Positions 13,276 through 26,409 of a stretch of 64,000 nucleotides of DNA are shown one piece after another. The notes under the pieces were generated by a model. The model had not been told where the DNA came from and ran no database searches. It saw nothing but the letters and a program-made list of their open reading frames with translations. Position 1 is the first letter of the stretch. Each line of letters opens with the position of its first letter. The translations under genes were made by a program, and so were the position numbers. The DNA lies in NCBI GenBank assembly GCA_021613535.1, contig CP075494.1:15686001-15750000 (forward strand), in the 5' to 3' direction. Source of the DNA: Adineta vaga (lineage: Eukaryota; Animalia; Rotifera).

Positions 13276-14543
13276 TACTTCATTAAAACAATTAGAATTT
13301 AACATTTATTTTAATGATGTTCATATGCGCAAAAGATAAAGAAAAATAGCGGAAACGACGTCAATGTAAATTAAAATCATCATTTCCAAAGTGGACATCG
13401 TCAATGAGAGGAAGTCAGATTATATTTATCATAAAGAATGACAACTATTGTTTTTCTGAATATTAATCATATTTTATTTAATTATGAGTCTCATAGTTCG
13501 TGATGGAAGACACGTTCGTAAATTAAATGAATAAGATCTCTGTATGAAAGTTCATTATTATAATTCAGGTCGCGATATACGTCATTTCTTATCTCCGCGC
13601 TGTATATTCTTTCTCCTGTATCAATCAAATGTGTGATCCTCATTTGACTATTCATATGAATCATTGAATCGGTTTCAGACAGAACTAGAACAAGATTACC
13701 TGAATGCATTTTACTACTATTAACTGCGTTCTTGTTATCAGAAGAAAAGACTTCCTGTGCTCATGATGAAAGTAAACAAGAGTTTCTTTTCTCATTTATT
13801 TAATGACGAGATGTACACAACAGACATCACATCGTAATAATCAATTCAATAATTATTCCTTTTCATCTATGAAACAACTACAACCATCGTATAAAGAAGA
13901 GACAGACGATGCGAATTTAATTATGTCTTCTCATTTCTGTTATGATGCTCAATTTTATTAACAGTAATTACACGTTTTTATCATAGAAAAAAGATAGTCT
14001 TTCGCGTTTATATTTTTTGATTATGTTAAATCAAGTTTTGTTCTTAATAGAAATGATTGAATTAAGTGAAGATAAAGATAATTACATGACATAACAACGA
14101 GAAGGATTATTTAACTATGATGCTTATCATTTTGTCTTCTACTAACGACCTCTATTAATATAAGAAGCATTATACATGATAAACAAATAGATATGAATGA
14201 TTTGTATCGAACTATTAAAAGCAAATGAAATTTGAAAATAAAAAGAAAAATTAAATAAACGAAATGAAATCTTTTTCTGTCTGACTAAATATGTTATGAT
14301 CAATATTAATTATTCTCCTTTCCATATCGAAGTCAAATGTTGAATGAAAACATTAATATTTCTGCTTTAAACGATAATTGTAATGAAAAATCAAAATTTG
14401 TCTTGAAAATTGAAATTTAACTTTATTAGTTTCTTTGATTAATCATTCTCACTTTGTCTATAGGAATAAAAAAAGAATGGAAAAGAAAAATTCGAGAATG
14501 ATTAATAAAATCGATAGAAAGATTATTTGTTTTATTATTTTAG
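13276..14543 (+). repeat. Upstream region of the DYW-PPR duplication unit, copy 1
   Basis: Diverged homologue of 21237-22420 and 26364-27222 (e.g. CAATTAGAATTTAACATTTATTTTAATGATGTTCA). Confidence 0.85.
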
Positions 14544-17500
14544 ATGTTCACCACCTTTAGTCTTATCTCTCATCATACAAAATCAAAATATATCAACCTT
14601 TTACGTACAATAACCAGTACAAAACAAATCAATGTTGATATTGAAATGAAGAAACTAAATGATAGAAAAGAATTCGTTAAAGCACTTGATCTATTTGATA
14701 AACATAAACAACAAACAATTCTAACAGATAGAATTCTTGTTCAAGCATTCAAAGCTTGCACTCAGTTAGGTTATCTTGAACGTGGCCAAGTCATTCATAA
14801 AAATTTGTCAAATAGTTCATTGAAAAACAGTTACATTCAGACAACGCTTATTAATTTTTATAGTCAGTTGATATTTTCTAACGACATTGAAATGATTCTT
14901 TGTTACTTCTAGTGCAATGTGGCCGAGTAAACGATGCTCAATGTGTTTTTGATTCATCTGTCAACAAAACATTGATCCATTATGGTTCAATGATGAAAGG
15001 TGAATTCATTAATGCTTTGGATTATATTTGGAATTTCTTTTTATTTAGGTTTGATAAAAAATAAGAGGGCTGAAAAAGCAATCGAATTCTTTTCAAAAAT
15101 ATTCAATCCAGACGAAATTCTCCTTTGTCTCTTGTTCAACAGTTGTGCTCAGGTTCAGACCAAACAAGCATTAGATTTTGGTAAGAAAGTTTGGTCACAA
15201 ATGTCATCAATTCATCATAGAGATAAATACATTCTCACTTCTGCCTTTGATATGTTTGTCAAATGTGGTGATTTGGAAAATGCAGAGAATGTATTTGCCA
15301 AAAAGAAACGCATTGTAATTGATTATGGACAAATGATGAAATGTTATAATGAACATAGTATGCCTATGAAAACTATCGATCTGTATGACAAAATGAAAAT
15401 TGAAGGTATTCAAGCAGATTCAATCATTTTTCTTCTTCTTATTGATGCTTGTGGTCAACTTGGAATTGAATCACGTTGTCGATCGATTGTCAAACAAATC
15501 CCATCTGCGATGTTAAATGATTTTAAACTTAAAAATGCTCTAGTTCACATGTGGGTGAGTAACATTCAAAAATGTAAGACACTAGTATTTATTTATTTGG
15601 CATTTATATTCGAAACAAAGGGCAAAGCAGGATGTGTGAATGAAGCGAGACTGGTCTTTGAACAAATTGATCAACCGAATCATGTAACATACGCTGCTAT
15701 GAGTAAGTTTATATTTTGCTTTAAACCGTTTTCTCTTCTAAACTTATTAAGATAGTTAATGCATATGGTTTGAACGGAATGCATCATAATGCAATTGAAC
15801 TCTTTTCAAAAATATCAAATCCAGATGAAATTCTCCTTTGTCTCATATTCAACTGCTGTGCTCAAATTCAGACAAAACAAGCATTAGATTTCGGTCGAAA
15901 ATTTTCGTCTCAAATGTCATTGATTCATTATCAAAATGAATCCGTTCTCACTTCTGCTTTCGATATGTTTGTTAAATGTGACGATTTGGCAAATGCTAAG
16001 AGTGTATTTGCCAAAAAAAAGCGTACTGTCATTGACTATGGACAAATGATGAAATATTATAATGATCATAGTATGCCTTTGAAAACTATTAATCTGTATG
16101 ACAAAATGAAAGATGAAGGTATTCAAGCAAATTCAATCATTTTTCTTCTTCTTATCGACGCTTGTGGTCAACTTGGAATCGAATCACGTTGTCGATCAAT
16201 TGTCAAGCATATTCCATCTACGATGTTAAATGATTTCAAACTAAAAAATGCTCTCATTCATATGTGGGTGAGTAACATTCAAAAATGTAAGACACTAGTA
16301 TTTATTTATTTGGCATTTATATTCGAAACAAAGGGCAAAGCAGGATGTGTAAATGAAGCGAGACAGGTCTTTGAACAAATTGATCAACCAGATTCAGTAA
16401 CATATAATTCTATGAGTAAGTTGGTATTCTGCTTTGTATTGTATCTTTTATTAATTGATGAAAATAGTCAATTCATATGGTTTGAATGGAATGGGACATT
16501 CTGCAGTGGAACTTTATCATCGAATGCCATTAAAGATGATCGAAGAAAAAACGTATACATGTGTTTTAAATGCATGTTCACATTCTGGACTTGTTGATGA
16601 AGCTCGGACAATTTTCTCAACAATTGAAATAAAAAATAAATGGATATATACAAGCATGGTTCGGGAAAAGATTTCATATTATTAAACAAGAAACTGTGAA
16701 TTGAATTATTTAGATTGATTGTTTAAGTCGATTATTTTTGTTCGATGAAGCAAAGCAATTGATTGAAGAATATGAACGTCATCAATCTCCTTGTCTGCCG
16801 ATGTATAGTAAGTGTTTTGTATTGATCTTTCACAAATCTGTTCGAAAGTACTTTGTTGTTTTTTAGCGTCATTGTTATCAGGTGCTCGTAATCGAAATGA
16901 TGCATCCTTAGCAAGACAAACTATTCATCGAATACGAGAACTATTTCATAATGTTGACGAATCTTTGGTACCAGTCTCGATACTCTTCACCAATACTCTT
17001 GCATCAACAGGAGAACTAGAAGAAGCATCACAAATTAGATGGAATATGAGTCAATCAGGTGCAAGAAAACAGATCGGTCTGGCTTGGACAGAATACAACG
17101 GTGAAATTGTGGTAAATAAAAATGATTCTGTTGTTGTTTTTGTTTGGATGTGTGATTGAATTTTTCAGCAATTTCATGTTCAAGATCGATCTCATCCACG
17201 AACATCTGAATTATATGATGAACTTGATCGATTGGAAAAGGAACTGATTGAACATGGTCATAAGTTTGATGCAAGTTGGATAACACGTCCTCTGATGGCT
17301 GATGAAACTGTTCAATCGGTTCTAAATAGCCATAGTGAGAGATTGGCACTTGCATTCAATTTTATTCAACGACCAGTTCCATCACGAATTCAAATCGTGA
17401 AGAATCTTCGTATTTGTGGTGATTGTCGTAAGTTACTCTTTTGCCATCTGTCCAGATTATTCTGGAGAGAAATTATGTTTTCGTATATGATTGTCTTTCT

Positions 17501-17620
17501 TCTATAGATGGTGCCATCAAGTTGATCAGTAAAATTCGTCGATGCGAGATTATCGTTCGTGATGCAAATCGTATTCACCACTTTGCTGATGGAAAATGTT
17601 CATGTAATGATCATTTTTAA
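14544..17620 (+). CDS. PLS-class PPR protein with E1/E2 and DYW-type cytidine deaminase domain, copy 1 (expanded repeat array), about 11 exons
   Basis: P/L/S-like repeats, then ...[12 protein letters not shown] (L2), E motifs and a PG-box-like IGLAWTE. Deaminase motifs HSERLA (17331) and [10 protein letters not shown] (Cys codons 17415-17426), ending [23 protein letters not shown] (TAA 17618-17620). GT-AG introns restore the frame. Confidence 0.92.
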
Positions 17621-18185
17621 TACAAGAAGTATTTTCTTGAAATTATCTTGTACTTTATTCTGTTTTACTACAACTGGGTTCTAATAGTTTCTTGAAATTT
17701 GTAGATAAACTATGCTAAAATGATCATCTTGAGGGTATGAATGAGAATGAAGATCGATTAATCCATGTACTAGATTAATATTTGAAATAATGTTCCATCT
17801 GTATACTGTTGTAGAATTATTCAGGTCATAATTAAAATTTAAATCCACATTCTCTATAGAACGATTTCATTTTAAAATTTGTATGTGTTATTTTCTTTTA
17901 GCATAAGGGAACAAATGCACATATGAAAGCATGATAAATTATCAAAGATTTTGTCTATTCATTAACGATGATGAAATGTTTTATCGATAAGATCTTATGG
18001 GTGAAATATGAAAATTAAATGATGATATTTCAATCTTCTGAAAAATATTTGAGAATTCTTATCGATTTGAAATCCATGATAGAATTTATTTTTAAAAGAA
18101 GAAAAAAAGGAAAGTTTCATTTTTGTTGAATCATGTTTAAATAGAAACAATGAGCTTTAAAAGTTCTATATCTTTGAATTAATTT

Positions 18186-19221
18186 CTAAGCCAATTCCAT
18201 TGCTTCATGTGCTCCTGTTGTTGTTTTAACTTTTTCATTAACAATATCAAATTCAATCTTTTTCACATTTGTTGATAAAACTTCAGTTGTTCCTTTAGCT
18301 AATGTATAATCATTTTGTTTGTCTGATCGAACACCAACAATTTCATATGGTAGAAATTTATCCAATTTTTCTTTTGTTAAAACATACATATTGATTTTAC
18401 TTCCCGAAAATAAATCAGTTGTTGTTGATGCATATAAAGCATCTCGTGCTAATTGTTTGCTTCATCTTCCTGCAAAGATAAACATTTATTTACAAAATAA
18501 AGAGAAAACAGCTTACGGTCATATTTTCTTTGAAACGATCTTCAATAACAGATAATGATGTATATCCACCTGAACCTGAAGCAATAAATGGAAGAAATGC
18601 AATACTTCCATGTGGATGAACAGTTGCAATATGAGAACCAGTTACATCAACACCAACAATAATCAAATAAGCACCGAGATGACCTTGATATCTAAATAAA
18701 AGAAGAAAATTCAATTTTAACCATGAACAAATGAAAAACAAACCGGAAAAGATGTTGTTGAATTTTTCTAACAGCAGTTGCAACACGAACTTGTCGATCT
18801 TGATTTAATTTCAATAGTTCAAGTTGAGATTCAAGTAAACGTGTTTGAAAATCACAATCAGCTGATGTACCGGCACCAAGTGCATAAATATTATCTGATA
18901 AACGATGAATTTTCAAGACATTATCATCAAATATGATGTTTCCAGCAGTACATCGACTATCAGCAGCAATAACAACACCATCCTTTGAATTCAAAATTCA
19001 TTTATTTCTTATTAAATAACTTTATTCGACATACTTTGTATGTAATTGCAGCAATGGTCGTACCAGTCTTATGAATTTTACCAGGTAAAACACCATTGCT
19101 CAATAAAAGTTCATTTCTAAATGAAAACAATTGAAAACGAAAGAAAATCGATGAATAATTACCGTCGACAATTGTCAAAGACAAATCCACCAGTTGGTTG
19201 TTCACAAGCAAGACCAGCCAT
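18186..19221 (-). CDS. PSMB7: Proteasome subunit beta type-7 (beta-2), copy 1; apparent 1-nt frameshift near 18457
   Basis: MAGLACEQPTGGFVFDNCRRN...KTG|TTIAAITYKDGVVIAADSRCT...KIH...GAGTSAD...YQGHLGAYLI...GSGG...DLFSGS. The last exon reads GAA GCA AAC AAT TAG here versus GAA GCG AAA CAA TTA in copy 2. Confidence 0.9.
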
Positions 19222-20691
19222 GATACTTTTCTGTTACACGTTGTTCTCACAAATAAATAAATAACGAATCTTTTTATCGACAATAAAGAGACATAGGATA
19301 GGATGAATCATTGGTTAGTTGCGATATATGTGGCTCCCTCTTTTATCACATATTTGATTGTTTCTCCTAGAAGAAAACAATTAATTTAAAATTATTTCTT
19401 TTACTATGATTTATCTTGAAGCATTTTTTCTTTATTTTTAAATCAGTATTTGATGGTCGCTTTTCAACCAATTATGTCCGTTGAAATATCAATACAATAC
19501 AAGGCGAAAATGTTTGCCATCTAGTGACATCCCAATCGGCATATTGATTATGTGTGCATTGTGCTCATTGAATTTAAGATTAAGACTGCCATTAAACGTT
19601 AATTGAACAGATGAAATTATATTTTTTCAATTTTTTTGACCTCCATGTCCGTCTTTTTTCAAGACTAAATTTGTATATGCAATCCGTAGATTTAAAGGAG
19701 ATCGATCAGACCTATGTCAAAGGAAATTATGCTCTAGCGTACTCCAGAAGCACTTTATTTAAACATACAGGAACAACATTTCAATATTGTTATTTCATAT
19801 AGAGATACCAAGATCAATTGACAATGTTTTTTGATTCATCAATTACTGAAGAAAAGGTAGTAATTTTGACATGAATGTCTGAATGTTCCAGTAGAGTAAA
19901 ACTCTAAAGTTGAATTCAAGTATTCACTTCAGTTGTCCAACTATTCGATTATTGAGTGCGTGGATTGGAGTGAGGGTAGCTCATACTACGACCTACCCTC
20001 ACGTATTACTTGATCATGTAAACGTATTCTCCTATATAAACATCTTTTAAAGATAATTGATAGAGAAGGCGCTTTGTTAAATAAAAAAGAATTGATTATT
20101 ACCTTTGAAATATTTCAATACGAGATTATCAAAAGTACTAATTAAAAATATGATAAATCTCGCTGTATTGTCAGATCGAGCAGATGTTATTGTTATATTT
20201 CTTTCTTTTACTTCAAACTTTAATTGTTATTTCAATATAAATTATTTTCAATTGATAAAGAACTGAAACTGTTTCCATTAATAGTCATAATTCATCTGGA
20301 CTCTACGACACAGAATATTAACTAATAATAGTCATTTGTTTAATTGTAGTTAAGTCAGTCAAATGTCTAAATCGTATATTTTAAAAATTTTTATTATATT
20401 GTGGGATATTATTTTTCTGATGTGATAAGATCGTATCTATATGTATATCAGAAAATACGTGATGTAATTTTGTAAACGCATCGACCCTGCTCTTTATTCC
20501 ACGAATTATGCTTTCTTTCTATTAGTTCTTTCTGACTCATAAAATACCCTCAACTCAAACTATGAAAAAAATGCTACTTGTAATATATATGTATATAGAA
20601 AATATCACTCTGATACTCTGATCTATGGTAATCAGTCGACTGATAATGAATCATCATATGCGCATTTAAGTCTGGGAAAAAATGAAGAATA

Positions 20692-21206
20692 ATGCATCTT
20701 TACAGAATGATGTCAATTGAACGGATTTTATTTTTATTATTATCATATTTATTGCAATTATCTGAAGGAAATAATTGGTGTAGTCATAGGAAAAGTAAAG
20801 AAATTAAAGCGATTTTTTCACTTGAAATTTTATTTCTTTTTTTCTTATTCAACGAATAGTTTGTCTAGAATATTCAAAACCATTAAAACCAAAGTGGTGT
20901 TGTGAAAGTAAAATATACTTTTTTCAAATATTGTCTTACATGTTTATTCATAGAACATCACATATGTGGTAACACTGATGGAGAATGCATATTGAAATCC
21001 AAAATATTTATGACAATAGCTTTAATTGGTTCTGTGTTCGCTTTGGATGTATACTTTTATGTATCCAAATAAGACGAAATAGTTTACACTATGAGTCTTC
21101 AACATATACTGAATATCGTCCAATCATAACAACAAATTCGACAATACTTTCTTTTATTGAAGAAGAACCACTACCATCGTATAAAGAAGCAATGAATCAT
21201 TATTAA
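20692..21206 (+). CDS. Small single-pass membrane protein (signal peptide, Cys-rich ectodomain, cytoplasmic LPSY PY-like motif); 1-nt frameshift near 21042
   Basis: MHLYRMMSIERILFLLLSYLLQLSEG-NNWCSHRK|ICLEYSKPLKPKWCCE|KHHICGNTDGECILKSKIFMTIALIGSVF, then a frameshift, then FGCILLCIQIRR...EEEPLPSYKEAMNHY*. Confidence 0.6.
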
Positions 21207-21236
21207 AATATACTTTTGTCTTGAAAACGGTTATTT

Positions 21237-22420
21237 ATACTTCATTCAATCAATTAGAATTTAACATTTATTTTAATGATGTTCAGATGCAAAAGATAAA
21301 GAAAAATTACGGAAACGATGTCAATGTAAACATCTTCAAATGAGATGAAGTCAGATTATATTTATCATAAAGAATGACAAATAGTTTTTTACGAATATTA
21401 ATCATATTTTGTTTAACTATGAGTCTCACCGTTTTTTATAAAAAGACACTTTAATGAACTAATTGAATAAGCCCTCGACGTGGGAAGTTCATTATTATAA
21501 TTCAGGAAAAGATATACGTCATTTCTTATTCGCTATATTCATATCATGTTCTTTCTCCTGTATCAATCAAATATGTGATCCTCATTCGACTATTCATATG
21601 AATCATTAAATCGCTTCACACAGAACTAGAACAATATGTTACTTGAATCTATTTTACTATAGTATTAACTTTGTTGTTGTTATCAGAAGAAAAGACTTCC
21701 TGTGTTCATGATATAATTAAAGAAGAGTTTCTTTTCTCATTTATTCAATGATGAGATGTACATAGTAAACATTACATCGTCATAATCAATACAATACTTA
21801 TTTCTTTTCGCATATGAAACAACTACAACCATCGTACAGAGAAGAAACAGAAGACAACAATTCAATTGTATCTTCCCACTTCTGTTGCTCTTCTTTTGAT
21901 TTTATTAACAGTAACTATATACGTTTCTACCATAAATAAGATTGTTTTTCGCATTTACACTTTTCGATTATGTTAAATTAAGTTTTCTTATTACTGGAAA
22001 TGGTTGATCAAAGTGAAGATAAAGATAAATACATGAAATAACAAAGAGAAGGATTATTTAACTATATATTGCTTATTCTCATTTTGTCTTTTACTAACGA
22101 CCTCTATTAATATGAAAAGTATTTTACATAGATAGATATGAATGATTTGTATCGAACTATTAAAAGCAAATTAGATTTGAGAAGAAAAAGAAAAATTGAA
22201 TGAACCTTTCCCTGTCTGAAACTAAATGTGTTATGATCAAAAATGAAAATGGTTTTTAAAATTGAAATTTAACATGATTAGTTTCTTTGATTAATCATTC
22301 TCACTTTATCTATAGGAATAACAAAAGAGCGAAGAAGAAAAATTCGAAAATAATTAAATTTCTTACATAATGATTCATCAGATAAAATCAATTGAAAGAT
22401 TATTTTATTTACTGTTTTAG
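21237..22420 (+). repeat. Upstream region of the DYW-PPR duplication unit, copy 2
   Basis: From 21561 onward it is almost identical to 26364-27222. Confidence 0.9.
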
Positions 22421-25004
22421 ATGATTACCACTTTAGGGTTATCTCTCATCATACAAAATCAAAATGTATCGATCTACTACGTACAATAACCACTTCAAAC
22501 CAGACAAATATTGACATTGAAATGAAGAAACTAAATGATAGAAAAGAATTTGTTAAAGCACTTGATCTATTTGATAAACTGAAACATCAAACAATTCTAA
22601 CGGATAGAATTCTTCTTCAAGCGTTCAAAGCTTGCACTCAGTTAGGCTATCTCGAACGTGGTCAAATCATTCATAAAAATCTCTCAGATAGTTTATTGAA
22701 CAACAGTTACATTCAAACATCACTTATTAATTTTTATAGTAAGTCGATATTTTCTGACGACATAGAAATTAATCTTTATTACTTCCAGTGCAATGTGGCC
22801 GAGTAAACGATGCTCAACGTGTTTTTGATTCATCGGTTAAAAAGACACCAGTCCACTATGGTTCAATGATGAAAGGTAAACTGCTTGACGTGTTCGATTA
22901 TATTTGGAATTTCTTCTTATTTAGGTTTGATAAAAAATAAGAGGGCTGAAAAAGCAATCGAGCTCTTTTCAAGAATAAACAATCCAGGTGAAATCCACCT
23001 ATGTCTCTTGTTTAACAGTTGCGCTCATGTTCACACAAAACAAGCATTAGATTTTGGTAAGAAAGTGTGGTCAGAAATGTCATCAATTCATCATAAAAAT
23101 GAATTCGTTCTCAATTCTGCCTTCGATATGTTTGTCAAATGTGGTGATTTGGAAAATGCTGAGAATATATTCGCCAACAACAAACGCGTTGTAATCAGTT
23201 TTGGACAAATGATGAAATGCTATAATGAACATAGTATGCCTATGAAAACTATTGATCTTTATGAGAAAATGAAAGATGAAGATGTTGAAGCAAATTCGAT
23301 CATTTTTCTTCTTCTAATCGATGCTTGTGGTCAACTTGGAATCGAATCACGTTGTCGATCGATTGTCAATCAAATTCCATCTACAATGTTAAATGATTTC
23401 AAACTTCAAAATGCTCTAATTCACATGTGGGTAGGTAATATTCAAAAACGTAAGTTACTGGTATTCATTTATTGATTGATTTTTATCAAATGAAGGGCAA
23501 AGTGGGATGCGTGAATGAAGCTGAAAAGGTCTTTAAACGAATCGATCAACCAGATCATGTAACATACACTGCTATGAGTAAGTTGGTATTTTCTTCTGTA
23601 GTTTATCTTTTGTTTACTGATGACAATAGTTAATTCATATGGTTTGAATGGAATGGGACATGCTGCAATTGAACTTTATCATCAAATGCCATCAGAAATG
23701 ATTGTTGGCAAAACTTGTACTTGTATTTTGAATGCATGTTCACATGCAGGACTTGTTGATGAAGCTCGTGCAATTTTCTCCACAATTCAAATGAAAGATA
23801 AATGGATTTATACAGCCATGGTTCGTATATAGATCTCATTGGAAAATAAAGAACTATGGATGTGTTTATTTAGATCGATTGTTTAAGTCGATCATTTTTG
23901 TTCGATGAAGCAAAACAACTGATTGAAAAATATGAAAGTGACCAACCTCCTTACCTTCCTATGCACAGTAAGTTTTGCCGTTGATTTTTTTTAAATCCAT
24001 TCGAAAGTATATGTCGTAGTACAAATCAAAATCCAGTTCAGTTTTAAATCGAAGTAGTACACATTAAAATTTTGATTATTGCCACGCGAGATCGAAATTT
24101 CAATCTGTACTAGTTCGATTTAAAACTGAACTGGACTTCGATCTGTATTACGACATATATTTACCAATCTTTCATTGTCATCCTCATCGGAGCAGAAAAA
24201 GCTTATCCCACTTGGGATAGCAGAGGTAGTAAACCTTTGTTCTATTTTAGTGTCATTGTTATCCGGTGCTCGCAATCGAAACGATATATCTCTAGCAAGA
24301 CAAACAGTTCAACGAATGCGAGAACTATTTCATAATGCTGACAAATTTTTGGTATCAGCTTCGATACTCTTCACCAATACTCTTGCATCAACAGGAGAAC
24401 TAGAAGAAGCATCACAAATTAGATGGAATATGACTCAATCAGGTGCAAAAAAACAGATTGGTCTGTCTTGGACAGAATACAACGGTGAAATTGTGGTAAA
24501 TAAAAATGATTCTGTTGTTGTTTTTGTTTGGATGTGTGATTGAATTTTTCAGCAATTTCATGTTCAAGATCGATCTCATCCACGAACATCTGAATTATAT
24601 GATGAACTTAATCGATTGGAAAAGGAACTGATTGAACATGGTCATAAGTTTGATGCACGTTGGATAACACGTCCATTAATGCCTGATGCAACTGTTCAAT
24701 CGGTTCTAAATAGTCACAGTGAAAGATTGGCACTTGCATACAATTTCATTCAACGACCAGTTCCATCACGAATTCAAATCGTGAAGAATCTTCGTATTTG
24801 TGGTGATTGTCGTAAGTTACTCTTTTGTCATCCCTCCAGACTATTCTGGAGAGAAATTATGTATTTGAATATCGTTGTCTTTCTTTCATAGATGGTGCCA
24901 TCAAGTTGATCAGTAAAATTCGTCGATGCGAGATTATCGTTCGTGATGCAAATCGTATTCACCACTTTGCTGATGGAAAATGTTCATGTGATGATCATTT
25001 TTAA
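22421..25004 (+). CDS. DYW-type PPR protein, copy 2; 1-nt deletion right after the start codon
   Basis: Same exon structure. HSERLA and CGDC are intact and the protein ends ...[26 protein letters not shown] lacks one T relative to copy 3 (ACTTTTAGG). The next in-frame Met is at 22522. Confidence 0.85.
24008..24159. mobile_element. Palindromic MITE in an intron of PPR copy 2 (TA-flanked, Tc1/mariner-like)
   Basis: TATATGTCGTAGTACAAATCAAAATCCAGTTCAGTTTTAAATCGAAGTAGTAC ... GTACTAGTTCGATTTAAAACTGAACTGGACTTCGATCTGTATTACGACATATA. Absent from the same intron in copies 1, 3 and 4. Confidence 0.8.
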
Positions 25005-25391
25005 TAAAAAAAATGTATTTTCTTGAAATTATCTTGTACTTTATTTCGTTTTACTACAACTTGGTTCTAATGTTTTCTTGAAATTTGTATGTGTTATTTT
25101 CTTTTAGCATAAGGGAACAAATGCACATATGAAAGCATGATAAATTATCAAAGATTTTGTCTATTCATTAACGATGATGAAATGTTTTATCGATAAGATC
25201 TTATGGGTGAAATATGAAAATTAAATGATGATATTTCAATCTTCTGAAAAATATTTGAGAATTCTTATCGATTTGAAATCCATGATAGAATTTATTTTTA
25301 AAAGAAGAAAAAAAGGAAAGTTTCATTTTTGTTGAATCATGTTTAAATAGAAACAATGAGCTTTAAAAGTTCTATATCTTTGAATTAATTT

Positions 25392-26409
25392 CTAAGCCAA
25401 TTCCATTGCTTCATGTGCTCCTGTTGTTGTTTTAACTTTTTCATTAACAATATCAAATTCAATCTTTTTCACATTTGTTGATAAAACTTCAGTTGTTCCT
25501 TTAGCTAATGTATAATCATTTTGTTTGTCTGATCGAACACCAACAATTTCATATGGTAGAAATTTATCCAATTTTTCTTTTGTTAAAACATACATATTGA
25601 TTTTACTTCCCGAAAATAAATCAGTTGTTGTTGATGCATATAAAGCATCTCGTGCTAATTGTTTCGCTTCATCTTCCTACAAAGATAAACATTTATTTAC
25701 AAAATAAAGAGAAAACAGCTTACGGTCATATTTTCTTTGAAACGATCTTCAATAACAGATAATGATGTATATCCACCTGAACCTGAAGCAATAAATGGAA
25801 GGAATGCAATACTTCCATGTGGATGAACAGTTGCAATATGAGAACCAGTTACATCAACACCAACAATAATTAAATAAGCACCGAGATGACCTTGATATCT
25901 AAATGAAAGAAGAAAATTCAATTTTAACCATGAACAAATGAAAAACAAACCGGAAAAGATGTTGTTGAATTTTTCTAACAGCAGTTGCAACACGAACTTG
26001 TCGATCTTGATTTAATTTCAATAGTTCAAGTTGAGATTCAAGTAAACGTGTTTGAAAATCACAATCAGCTGATGTACCGGCACCAAGTGCATAAATATTA
26101 TCTGATAAACGATGAATTTTCAAGACATTATCATCAAATATGATGTTTCCAGCAGTACATCGACTATCAGCAGCAATAACAACACCATCCTTTGAATTCA
26201 AAATTCATTTATTTCTTATTAAATAACTTTATTCGACATACTTTGTATGTAATTGCAGCAATGGTCGTACCAGTCTTATGAATTTTACCAGGTAAAACAC
26301 CATTGCTCAATAAAAGTTCATTTCTAAATGAAAACAATTGAAAATGAAAGAAAATCGATGAATTATCGATCAAATGTGTGATCCTCATTCGACTATTCAT
26401 ATGAATCAT
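25392..26409 (-). CDS. PSMB7: Proteasome beta-2 copy 2; original exon 1 lost, with a chimeric in-frame ATG supplied by the junction
   Basis: Near-identical to copy 1 up to about 26363, where the sequence switches to the PPR upstream repeat. ORF 26409-26209 reads MIHMNSRMRITHLIDNSSIFFHFQLFSFRNELLL...KTGTTIAAITYK in frame. Confidence 0.75.

Noticed and set aside
13491-13709. 72-aa ORF in the PPR upstream repeat
   Set aside because: The frame is not preserved in the other copies of the repeat.
15207-17581. Antisense ORFs recurring over the PPR copies
   Set aside because: They are shadows of the duplicated sense CDS and have no independent coding signal.
19970-20002. 10-bp stem hairpin GTGAGGGTAG...CTACCCTCAC
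   Set aside because: Isolated, with no Helitron CTRR end or other supporting structure.
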